Positions 50,506 to 58,923 of a DNA stretch of 64,000 bases are shown one piece after another. Position 1 is the stretch's first letter. Each line of letters starts with the position of its first letter. Location of the stretch: assembly GCA_964512695.1 (NCBI GenBank), contig CAZEJU010000006.1, positions 2,591 to 66,590 of the forward strand, in the 5' to 3' direction. The translations under genes and the position numbers were made by a program. The notes beneath the pieces were generated by a model that was not told where the DNA came from, searched no databases, and worked only from the letters and a program-made list of their open reading frames with translations. Source of the stretch: an uncultured Gammaproteobacteria bacterium. Its GTDB lineage: Bacteria; Patescibacteriota; Microgenomatia; Levybacterales; UBA12049.

Positions 50506-51654
50506 TTATACTGTTGCTGGTGATCTTCCAGATCGCAGTCTTAATGTCACACCCAGAAAAAACATTGCAATATTTCCGATGAGAAATAGTAAGAGGTTAT
50601 AGTTTCCAGTTGCGGGTAAAATCTTCTGGATTGATGTTCCAAGCACATCTCCACCTTTACCATTACTCGAAGATTTCGATTCTGAAGGTTTGGAGTCAGA
50701 AGTTGACGGAGGCGTAGTGGGTTGCACACCACCGGTAGGAGGTTTTTGCTCTTCTGGCTTTTCCTCACAGCACGTTACTTTTGCGATATTTACATTTATT
50801 GGTCCATTTACAACTTTTGCAAAATAGAAAATATCGCCAGTTTCTATTGTTACATTCGATTTTGTGTTGTTATTTGCTATGTTATTTCCAGTATCTAAAA
50901 TCCAAAGAATATCATTTATAATATTTGCAGTATTATTAACTGTTATATCATTATTTACATTATGAGTAATTGAAGCATTATTTTGCGAAGCAGAACCATT
51001 TCCTTTAATCGAAATAGCATAATTTTTATTAGTATTTAATGTAGACTCTTGATAGTTTATATTTAATGGACCGTTTGTAATTTTCTCTACGACAGTAATG
51101 TTTCCTGTTTTTATATAAACATTTCCGCTGGAATTACTGCTTCCTGTATTTCCGCCAGTGTTAGCTATTCCACGAATTGTATTCGTTATAGAAAGTGTGT
51201 TTGTACCAGTACTTACTGAGGATTGTGTTCCATTAAGAGTAATACTATTATCTGAGTCCGTGCCATTATTAGTGATTGTTGTAGAAGTTTGTCCCACCTC
51301 GCAGCATCCTGCAGTAACTATGTTAGCGTTTCCTGTATTTGTAACGTCGGTGGTGATATCTACGTCACCAGTGTCTACTCGCGAGTCGCCACCTGTCGTA
51401 TCTGAAACCGAGTTACCTCCAGTTGTACCAGAGATAGTAAAATTGTTTGAAGTATCCTGAGTATTCGATTGTGAACTTTCATTTACTTGCGTGGACGATG
51501 ATTGAATATCATTAGTAGAATTACTACCATTCCCTGCTATAACTACTTCATTTGCCAGAGCTAATCTGGAACTTGAAATAAGTATGAACATTACTATAAA
51601 GCCTCGATATATCATCTGATAGAATTTTTTATGAAAAAACATTTTTGTAAACAT
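50506..51654 (-). CDS. Three-repeat GNG/NTGG-repeat protein with LPATG sorting signal
   Basis: Signal peptide, three repeats, CC after repeats 1 and 3, Pro/Ser linker, GDVLG, LPATG + TM + RLRSGR. Confidence 0.88.
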   Translation of the reverse strand: MFTKMFFHKKFYQMIYRGFIVMFILISSSRLALANEVVIAGNGSNSTNDIQSSSTQVNESSQSNTQDTSNNFTISGTTGGNSVSDTTGGDSRVDTGDVDITTDVTNTGNANIVTAGCCEVGQTSTTITNNGTDSDNSITLNGTQSSVSTGTNTLSITNTIRGIANTGGNTGSSNSSGNVYIKTGNITVVEKITNGPLNINYQESTLNTNKNYAISIKGNGSASQNNASITHNVNNDITVNNTANIINDILWILDTGNNIANNNTKSNVTIETGDIFYFAKVVNGPINVNIAKVTCCEEKPEEQKPPTGGVQPTTPPSTSDSKPSESKSSSNGKGGDVLGTSIQKILPATGNYNLLLFLIGNIAMFFLGVTLRLRSGRSPATV

Positions 51655-51706
51655 ATAAAATAACTGGCAGAAAGTCAGTAATGCTACTTACAAGAGGCAG
51701 GGATAT

Positions 51707-53980
51707 TTATTTTCGAAATTTTGGTAATAATATTCTCTTAGTGGCGAAGAAACCTATAAATGGTAGTAGTAAGAGCAGCCATGCCAGATTTATTCGTACT
51801 TTTGTTTTTGTATCTGTTTCTCCAAGTACTGCACTAGCGACAACTGCCTTTTTCTTTACTGTAGGATTTGTTTTAGCTTTGGCTGCTAATACTGCATTAC
51901 TGCTACCACTAGCTTGAGTATTATGCGTTGTTTGTTTATTAGCAACTGCATACGCTTGAATTGGGGTGGGTTGCTGTGTAGGTGTTACTTGAGTTTTTGC
52001 TGTATTTTTTGTTGTTTTCTGACTATTGTTGCTATTTGACTCATTACTATTTGATGGACCACCTATAGCTTGTTGAGTTTGCTTTTTCTCTTCTTGTTTT
52101 TGGCCAGGTGATACGAAATCACCCATCCAGTTACCAAACACATTTACTACTGTCACAAATAGCTTTCCACTACCAACTATATTATTATTCACGAAGTTTA
52201 CTAAATTAGCTACGATTTTCGCATCGCCTGTTTTGATTTGTGAATTTCCACCTGTATTATCATTTGTCTGGTTACCACCTGTATTTGCGCTTAGTTGAAG
52301 TGTATTGTTTACATTAGCATCATTATTCTGGATCGTTGTGTTTGTATTGGATTGATCGACAGAGGATGTATTATTCGAACCAGAGCCGTTGCCGTTATTT
52401 GATGCTGTTATATATCCGTTTTGATCTACATTAAATTCAGTTCCTTGTGATCCTGCGAAGTTTGCTCCTTCAGGCGCACCTAGAATCTTACCAATCCAAT
52501 TACCTGCTTCATTAACAATTACTAACCACATATTACCACCCACCAGATTCGTATTAGCGACATTAAGAACATTAGCATCCACGTATGTATCTCCTGTTGT
52601 TACTGACGAGTCACCGCCTGTGTTTCTACTTGCATCATTATTTCCTGTTTGTGCGTCAAAAACGAGTGTATTGGTTAGATCAGCATCATTATTTTGGAAC
52701 GTATTTGATGAATTTTCTACATTCACATCACTTGTATTAGTTGACCCTGAACCGTTATTTTTATTTGCTACATTTGTTTGTGAACCGCAGCAAGAGTTCA
52801 TAGCAGATTCTGGGAAAAGAATATCTCCTATGAGATCACCAAATATATTAACAACTGCATAAACTACATCTCCAGCTATATTATTGTTCGCGAACGTTAA
52901 AGCATTTGCAGAGACATTTGCATCTCCTGTAGTGATGTTTGAATCTCCACCCGTGTTCCTACTTGCTTCATTGTTACCTGAGTCAGCACTAAGAATAAGT
53001 TCACTTCCGATAGTAGCATCATTATTTTGGAATGTAACATTATTATTTTTAGTTTGTAAGTCTGCGTCATTTACAGAATTACTACCATTACCTGTATTTG
53101 CAACACTTGTATCTCCAGTACCGCAACCTGAAACACAGTTAGCCGCGAAATCCAGTAAAATATCTCCTACGTGATCATCGGCGATATTAAATTCGGAAAC
53201 CATAACTCCATCCACGTTTGTGTTTACAGCTGTAATAACTGTTCCAGTTACATTTGCATCACCTGTTTTTATAGAAGAATCACCTACATTATCAGATGTT
53301 GTATTTGCACCAGATACAGCATCTTGTACAAGTTTCGTATTTACATTTGCTGTATTCACTTGATTGGTTGTTGAGTTGTTTCCAATCGTTGCGGAACCAT
53401 TGTTGTTTGATTGCGTTCCATTACCACTATTTATAATACTTGCTCCTTGGCCTGATCCTGTAGGAGAAGCTGATGCATTTTGATTTCCTATTGTTGCGAC
53501 AGTAGCTGTGCTTGTAGCATCTCCAGTTTTAACTTCAGATGTTCCAGTCTGCCCATTCTGTGCAGTACCAGCTGTAGCATTCGCAGTTGCGGGAGCAGTA
53601 GGCATAGGAATAACTGGTGTCGGAACTGCTGCAGCTTCAGCAAACGACTTTGCTTGCTTTAGCGCTTCACGATATTTTCGCGCAGCATTATCTACTTCAT
53701 CTGCATCTCCATCATAGTCATCATCACCATCGATATCTAAGTTATCATCATTATTTGTTTGGGCCGGAGTAGGGGAAACTGATTGCTGTGTCTCCTGGGT
53801 TGTTGACTGCGTGGAAGACTGGCTAACGCTCTGTTCACTTTGTGTTTGGTTACTTTGTTCATTTGAAACTGATTGCTCAGGTGTAGGAGACACAGCTTCT
53901 TCTGCAAAAGCATACGATCGTGATTGAACGAAAATTTGTATAACTATTAATAGTACTGCAATGTATTTTTTAATATTCAT
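51707..53980 (-). CDS. Large four-repeat GNG/NTGG-repeat protein with C-terminal TM anchor
   Basis: Start ATG 53980 (MNIKKY); signal peptide; four repeats with VVN.FG...GDI extensions; AVLG; C-terminal TM and basic tail. Confidence 0.88.
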   Translation of the reverse strand: MNIKKYIAVLLIVIQIFVQSRSYAFAEEAVSPTPEQSVSNEQSNQTQSEQSVSQSSTQSTTQETQQSVSPTPAQTNNDDNLDIDGDDDYDGDADEVDNAARKYREALKQAKSFAEAAAVPTPVIPMPTAPATANATAGTAQNGQTGTSEVKTGDATSTATVATIGNQNASASPTGSGQGASIINSGNGTQSNNNGSATIGNNSTTNQVNTANVNTKLVQDAVSGANTTSDNVGDSSIKTGDANVTGTVITAVNTNVDGVMVSEFNIADDHVGDILLDFAANCVSGCGTGDTSVANTGNGSNSVNDADLQTKNNNVTFQNNDATIGSELILSADSGNNEASRNTGGDSNITTGDANVSANALTFANNNIAGDVVYAVVNIFGDLIGDILFPESAMNSCCGSQTNVANKNNGSGSTNTSDVNVENSSNTFQNNDADLTNTLVFDAQTGNNDASRNTGGDSSVTTGDTYVDANVLNVANTNLVGGNMWLVIVNEAGNWIGKILGAPEGANFAGSQGTEFNVDQNGYITASNNGNGSGSNNTSSVDQSNTNTTIQNNDANVNNTLQLSANTGGNQTNDNTGGNSQIKTGDAKIVANLVNFVNNNIVGSGKLFVTVVNVFGNWMGDFVSPGQKQEEKKQTQQAIGGPSNSNESNSNNSQKTTKNTAKTQVTPTQQPTPIQAYAVANKQTTHNTQASGSSNAVLAAKAKTNPTVKKKAVVASAVLGETDTKTKVRINLAWLLLLLPFIGFFATKRILLPKFRK

Positions 53981-54016
53981 AGTAATCTTAACTTTCTCAA
54001 TAATTTTCTCTTGATA

Positions 54017-54053
54017 TCGTGGGGTGTACGGAAGTGCTCGTATCACCCCACGA
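54017..54053 (-). promoter_or_regulatory. GC-rich intercistronic stem-loop
   Basis: TCGTGGGGTG/CACCCCACGA arms 10 nt after the stop codon of the first gene. Confidence 0.75.
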
Positions 54054-54062
54054 CTTTCAAGA

Positions 54063-55298
54063 TTAGTTTGCTTGATGGCCAGTTAGCCATTCAAGAAGAT
54101 CTCCTAGATCGAATGTGAAATCCAAATCTAAGTCGAGATCATCACCATCCATGTCTTCGGCTGCGCCGTAGACATTCATGTTACCAGAATTAGTAGCTTT
54201 AACTCCTGCTTTCGCATTACCTGTCTCGACAGAAGGATCACTTCCATCCCAAGAGGTATTGTCGTCTGCATCGTTATCTCCGGTATCAAGATCGCCATCG
54301 ACATCGTTATCGAAGTCTGAGTCGTTATCTTGATCTACATCGAGATCTTCGTCGGTATCGACTGTGATTTCGCTGTCTGATTCTGTTCCATTACCTGAGA
54401 TTTTAGCTTCTAAATCTTCGAGGCAACCGCATGAATCAACATCTGCCCAGTTAAAGTTAGCCATGTTGTCAAGGATAACTGTTAAGTAAGCATAACCTGT
54501 GTCGACAGAAACTTCGCCACCTGTGTTGTCATCTGCATCGTTGTCTCCTGTTTCAGCATCGACATCGACATCATTGTCGAAGTCTGCATCATTATCTTGA
54601 TCTAAGTCAATATCATTATCGAAGTCGAGATCGACATCGTTGTCTGAATTTGATCCGTTACCAAGAATCATTGCGCTGACTGTACCACCTTCACCATTAC
54701 CTCCTCCAATCTTTGCAGAGTTGTAGTTAGCTTGGTTTGTGATACCTACTTTTACTGTACTGTCGCCTGTTTTAACTGAGACATCGCCACCGGTGTTATC
54801 ATCGGCGTCATTATCTCCAGTTTCAGCATCAACATCAACATCGTTATCGACATCTGCGTCGTTGTCTTGATCGACATCAACGTCATTATCGAAATCGAGC
54901 GTTGCATTGTTATCTGAGCCTGTTCCGTTTCCTGAAATTAAGACTTCAGAATCGTTTTGGCAACAAGATTCGACATCTGCCCAGTTGGAATTGAGTTTGT
55001 TCTCAATATCAACTAAAACAGTAGAGTCACCAGTTTTGACTTTTACGTCTCCACCAGTGTTGTCACTCGCACTGTTGTTACCTGTGTCAGCAGTGATGTT
55101 GATATCATTATCGACATCCGCATCATTATTCTGTGTTACATTAACATTGTGTGAGTAACTGACATCTGCATCGTTATCACTATTAGATCCGTTTCCAGAA
55201 ATTGTGATTGTTGCTGCTGATGCCATAGGTGCTAATGCGTTAAGTAAGACTGCTCCGGTCGCAATAGCTGTTGTTAATCTTTTTGAAAAATTTGTCAT
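54063..55298 (-). CDS. Secreted Asp-rich four-repeat GNG/NTGG-repeat protein (putative major subunit)
   Basis: Signal peptide ending ASA; four ~89-aa repeats; CC and CGC linkers; SD AAAGGGGGTGA; no anchor. Confidence 0.88.
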   Translation of the reverse strand: MTNFSKRLTTAIATGAVLLNALAPMASAATITISGNGSNSDNDADVSYSHNVNVTQNNDADVDNDINITADTGNNSASDNTGGDVKVKTGDSTVLVDIENKLNSNWADVESCCQNDSEVLISGNGTGSDNNATLDFDNDVDVDQDNDADVDNDVDVDAETGDNDADDNTGGDVSVKTGDSTVKVGITNQANYNSAKIGGGNGEGGTVSAMILGNGSNSDNDVDLDFDNDIDLDQDNDADFDNDVDVDAETGDNDADDNTGGEVSVDTGYAYLTVILDNMANFNWADVDSCGCLEDLEAKISGNGTESDSEITVDTDEDLDVDQDNDSDFDNDVDGDLDTGDNDADDNTSWDGSDPSVETGNAKAGVKATNSGNMNVYGAAEDMDGDDLDLDLDFTFDLGDLLEWLTGHQAN

Positions 55299-55710
55299 TA
55301 ATTATTTCACCCCCTTTCTTGACTATGATCTCCCCCGACGTACATCGGGAGGCACTTCATTCTTCCGTTCTGTTTGGTAGGAAAGATTCCTGCCAAAATA
55401 AAACGGAAACCACTCACTTCAACCTACGTTAAAATGAATAGTTTCCGTTCTTTTGTTGGACAGTTTCGTTGACATAGTGATTGTGTTTAACGTCATACAC
55501 TATAATTTCTTTCTTTGTCTTTCTGTGTTAGAAAAATTACAAATAAAATAGGCTTACATTCCTCTTACATAAAACATCCACAAAAAAAGGCATTCTTACA
55601 TGGACCACGCTGTTGCGTGATTCGTATAAGAATGCCTCCGTGTGCGGTCAGCCCTTATTTAAAAATCTAGTAACTTTTTAAAATATAAATCAGCTAAACT
55701 TTTTTGTCAA
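55299..55710 (-). promoter_or_regulatory. Promoter and ~375-nt leader with two motif-terminator units
   Basis: TTGACA-17-TATATT (55710-55682); GGCTGACCGCACACGGAGGC overlaps terminator 55582-55637; CTGTCCAACAAAAGAACGGAAAC overlaps terminator ~55395-55449. Confidence 0.75.
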
Positions 55711-55768
55711 GTATCAAATTACTACTTATCAATACTTACTACATACTAAATACATCAAATAGTATTAT

Positions 55769-55987
55769 TTATCTAGAAATAGATTTAGAAATACCTGATT
55801 TTCTCTTTGTCTGTTGCTTATTCACGATAGAAATAGGAGAAGTCTTTTTAATATTTCTTTCTGTTATTTGGACTACCTTAAAATCTTGTACTTGTATTTC
55901 TACACTTCCCCAACCCCGAATATTTTGAATAGCTTCTAAAACTTCTTGAACGAGGTTGTCTGATATTTTTTTTGTAGAATAATCCAT
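55769..55987 (-). CDS. DUF2292/YezD-like small protein
   Basis: EVLEAIQNIRGWGSVEIQVQDFKVVQITER matches the YezD-type pattern; start placed at ATG 55987 (MDYSTK). Confidence 0.75.
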   Translation of the reverse strand: MDYSTKKISDNLVQEVLEAIQNIRGWGSVEIQVQDFKVVQITERNIKKTSPISIVNKQQTKRKSGISKSISR

Positions 55988-56098
55988 ATCTTTACGAGGG
56001 ACAGAGATTTCAGATGAACTAAAGGGAGCATCTGCATTTACCCTTGTCTCATCTGTCCAAAATGACACCTTGATCTCTTTAAGTTTTAATACTGTGTA

Positions 56099-56869
56099 TT
56101 ACTTAAAGGTAAACTTTATATTTTCTTTTTTACCGTTTATCTCACCGACCTGGAGTGTGATTTCTTTATCAGAATCATCAATAGGAAGTCCAATTCTTGT
56201 GTATTTAGTTGAAATTGCTTGTATCTCTACTGGATCGTTATGGATCTCTGGAGCAAGCTTTTCAGCATTTTTACCAACAAGCACTCTAAAGTAATCACGA
56301 GAATTTATAGAAACTGGAAGGGTATAATCATTCGTAACTTTTAAATTAAAGATTAAAAATGTCCTACCTTTTACAGCTAATGCACGTTTACCCTTTACTA
56401 TAATTTCATCTCGAAGTTCAGCGTTTTCGATAAAAAATTTTAATCTGCTTACTTCTTTTCCATTTTGATCTTTGAGAGGAAATAAAAATTGTTTTTGAAT
56501 TGTGTATGCAGCAGTAGGTGCTTTTAGTTCTGTTCGAACATCTTCACCTGGAATAATCGTAGAACCAGCATTCGACTTTAAAGTATTACCAATAAAATAC
56601 ACTGCAATCACAACAAAAATAATTATAATAATTACTGGAATGAAAGGAGATTTGTTAAACGTTCTTTTTCCTGTGTGAATTACTCGAGATAAACCATGAT
56701 AACCATTATTGGTGTTTTCCATAGCTAATACATTAGCTTCTTCCAAAAAAATTTCTGCCACTTTATTCTTAAAGGATACAAATATACTTTTTAGATTAGG
56801 AGTTATGAGAAGCGTTCTCTGTCGAAGAGTTGTAACTGTTGCGTTAGGTAAAGAATATAATTTATTCAT
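56099..56869 (-). CDS. Single-TM protein with extracellular Ig-like (DUF4352-like) domain
   Basis: TM near aa 75-93; G.TFLI.NLK.TN, IQAISTK.TR.G. Confidence 0.65.
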   Translation of the reverse strand: MNKLYSLPNATVTTLRQRTLLITPNLKSIFVSFKNKVAEIFLEEANVLAMENTNNGYHGLSRVIHTGKRTFNKSPFIPVIIIIIFVVIAVYFIGNTLKSNAGSTIIPGEDVRTELKAPTAAYTIQKQFLFPLKDQNGKEVSRLKFFIENAELRDEIIVKGKRALAVKGRTFLIFNLKVTNDYTLPVSINSRDYFRVLVGKNAEKLAPEIHNDPVEIQAISTKYTRIGLPIDDSDKEITLQVGEINGKKENIKFTFK

Positions 56870-56961
56870 GGGGTACGAAACTGTGGGGCAGGGGTTTCAA
56901 AGTTGCTCAATATTATCACGGTAAAATTTGGTTGTCAATATATCTTATTACAGTAGGCCTA

Positions 56962-57648
56962 TTATTTTTGCGAAATGGGAATATTTGCTTTTAGTTCTTC
57001 CTTTGCAAGTTGTTTGTGTACACCATTTCCATTAGTTGAACCATTTAGCGAAGATACTCCCGCAATTCTATTTATTAAAGGAGCTGTCTCCCCCTCTACT
57101 TGTTTTTGAAGTGTTCTTTCGATATACGATGTATCTATTCTATTTAACATTCTTTGCAATTCAGGATCTTCTTTGTTTATTTTCAAATGTTCATGTATGT
57201 CGCGTAAAAGTTCTAGTGCTTTTGTTATTTCTTCTTCAGCAATAAGATTTACTTGTAAATTTACTTCTTGCCGTAAACTGTCAACTTGATATGAACGGTT
57301 TTGACTAAGAAGGACGAAAACAGAAAGCACTATCGCTTCTAAAGATACAATCATCGTTAATAGTCCAAAAGGAAAAGGATCGAATGGAACAACACCTGGG
57401 ATGAGTCCAATATTGATGCTTACCCATGAAATAAACCATATGACATGAACTACTAAAAAAGGGAAGCTTCCTGAAACTGTTGTAATTTCATCTGCAATTT
57501 TATCAGTATGACTTCTTCTCGCAAGGGCTTTTGCCATGAAGGAACGGAACGTTCTTCTTCTTCTGATTAATCGCTCGTGCGCAGATGGTCGAGTAGCTTG
57601 TTGCTTATCAGCCTGCCGGTCGTGAGTAATATTTTTTTGTTTTTTCAT
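56962..57648 (-). CDS. DUF1003 membrane protein
   Basis: AD.IT..SGS..F, FDPFPFGLLTMIVSLEAI.LS.FVL.SQNR. Confidence 0.92.
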   Translation of the reverse strand: MKKQKNITHDRQADKQQATRPSAHERLIRRRRTFRSFMAKALARRSHTDKIADEITTVSGSFPFLVVHVIWFISWVSINIGLIPGVVPFDPFPFGLLTMIVSLEAIVLSVFVLLSQNRSYQVDSLRQEVNLQVNLIAEEEITKALELLRDIHEHLKINKEDPELQRMLNRIDTSYIERTLQKQVEGETAPLINRIAGVSSLNGSTNGNGVHKQLAKEELKANIPISQK

Positions 57649-57667
57649 GGCAGTTAAAAATGACTAT

Positions 57668-57997
57668 TTAAGTATGGGTACGGGGATAACGGAAATTAAA
57701 TCTATCTTTATAGCGAAGTCCTTGGATTATAGATCCTAAGGTTGCACCCTTCACGAAGATAAATTGAAAAAGGTGTTCATAAAGAAGGAAACTTGCTATA
57801 GCTAAGACAGAAATAAAAAACCAATGGTGAATATGAAGTGTTGTCTTCTTATAATGAATTCTTAAATTAGGAAGTATTTCAAGATTTTTAATTTTTATAT
57901 GCGGTAATTTATTTTTCTTTTTTTCAGGATGAGAAATGAGGAGGGCAAAGAAATACCCGGAAAAGAATGAAAACAAAAATGTTATAACACCTATCAT
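57668..57997 (-). CDS. Small membrane protein
   Basis: HIHHW, G..LG.I.QGL.Y.DRF; SD AAGGAAGGTG. Confidence 0.75.
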   Translation of the reverse strand: MIGVITFLFSFFSGYFFALLISHPEKKKNKLPHIKIKNLEILPNLRIHYKKTTLHIHHWFFISVLAIASFLLYEHLFQFIFVKGATLGSIIQGLRYKDRFNFRYPRTHT

Positions 57998-58156
57998 ATT
58001 ATTACACCTTCCTTACAATATTTATCGTATGGAATTTTTTAAAAATTGTCAATAATAACTTCTATTTGGCGTATAACTTCTTACAATCCTTTGACGTATT
58101 CCATAATCAATTTATACATATCTCTTCTATAGTAACTGTATTGAAAGGAGGATACT

Positions 58157-58237
58157 ATGCCATACGTAATAGCTTGGCTTTTAGGTGTACCTTTAAGTCT
58201 TTTAATAGTATTTTGGTTACTCACACAAATATTTTAA
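58157..58237 (+). CDS. Unannotated 26-aa membrane peptide
   Basis: SD GAAAGGAGG; MPYVIAWLLGVPLSLLIVFWLLTQIF*; TTGACG-like -35 upstream. Confidence 0.7.
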   Translation: MPYVIAWLLGVPLSLLIVFWLLTQIF

Positions 58238-58268
58238 TCGAATAAAATAGAGGTTAGACTGGTTGGAG

Positions 58269-58742
58269 TTATTTAGAAGAACGAACGACAAGTTTTGCCG
58301 TGTTAATAATGTCTCTTATTTTCCCATCTTCACCTTCTATTTCATTCGCACCTGTTAACCTCTGGTATTCTTGCAGATAATCAGAAAGAGATTGTTGTAT
58401 CTCCTTTAGTTCTTCGCGTGTTGTTCTCATTTTTAATGCTACTTGCACTACCGCTGGTTGTGAAGCAATATTCTTTTTTGTTACCTGTAAATCTTTAGCT
58501 GCAACTTTTGCTTTCTCTGTATTCTCTCTAAATGTAGGATTATTTTGAAATGCATCATCATACATTTCTCTGTGTTTTTTTAATTCTGTTTTTAAACTAT
58601 CAAGCCGTGTAATTGATTTTTTAATCATTTCTTCAAGGCTAAGAAGAACAGTTGCTTGATTATCGTCCGATGCAGTTGCGGAACCTTCATCTAGTACTTC
58701 AGCATCTACAACTTCCTCAGATTGTACTTGTGTATCATCCAT
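58269..58742 (-). CDS. Hypothetical coiled-coil protein
   Basis: Heptad-rich; LSDYL.EY.R.TG..EIEGEDG. Confidence 0.8.
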   Translation of the reverse strand: MDDTQVQSEEVVDAEVLDEGSATASDDNQATVLLSLEEMIKKSITRLDSLKTELKKHREMYDDAFQNNPTFRENTEKAKVAAKDLQVTKKNIASQPAVVQVALKMRTTREELKEIQQSLSDYLQEYQRLTGANEIEGEDGKIRDIINTAKLVVRSSK

Positions 58743-58797
58743 AACGTATTTACTATAATCAAAATAAACTCATGAAATCAAGAGGGAAAATACTTTT

Positions 58798-58900
58798 TAT
58801 TTTCCATTTTATCATTTAGCATTTTCAAGTGTAATTAAATATTTTTACATTGTTCATTTAAACCTAAAATGGTAAATGGAACATGGCAAATGAAAAATGT
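58798..58900. repeat. Degenerate heptamer-like repeats in inverted arrangement
   Basis: CATTTT/CATTTA units on the left mirrored by AAATGG/AAATGA units on the right. Confidence 0.55.
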
Positions 58901-58923
58901 ATGGTATATAGTACTTAAATACA

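Noticed and set aside
54063-55298. Repetitive GATAACGAT/GATGTCGAT DNA as a CRISPR array or DGR repeat
   Set aside because: Repeats are in-frame protein repeats; there is no repeat-spacer pattern and no cas or reverse transcriptase gene
57608-57625. GCCTGCCGGTCG as a REP-like palindromic insertion in the DUF1003 gene
   Set aside because: Only a partial, single copy in this window
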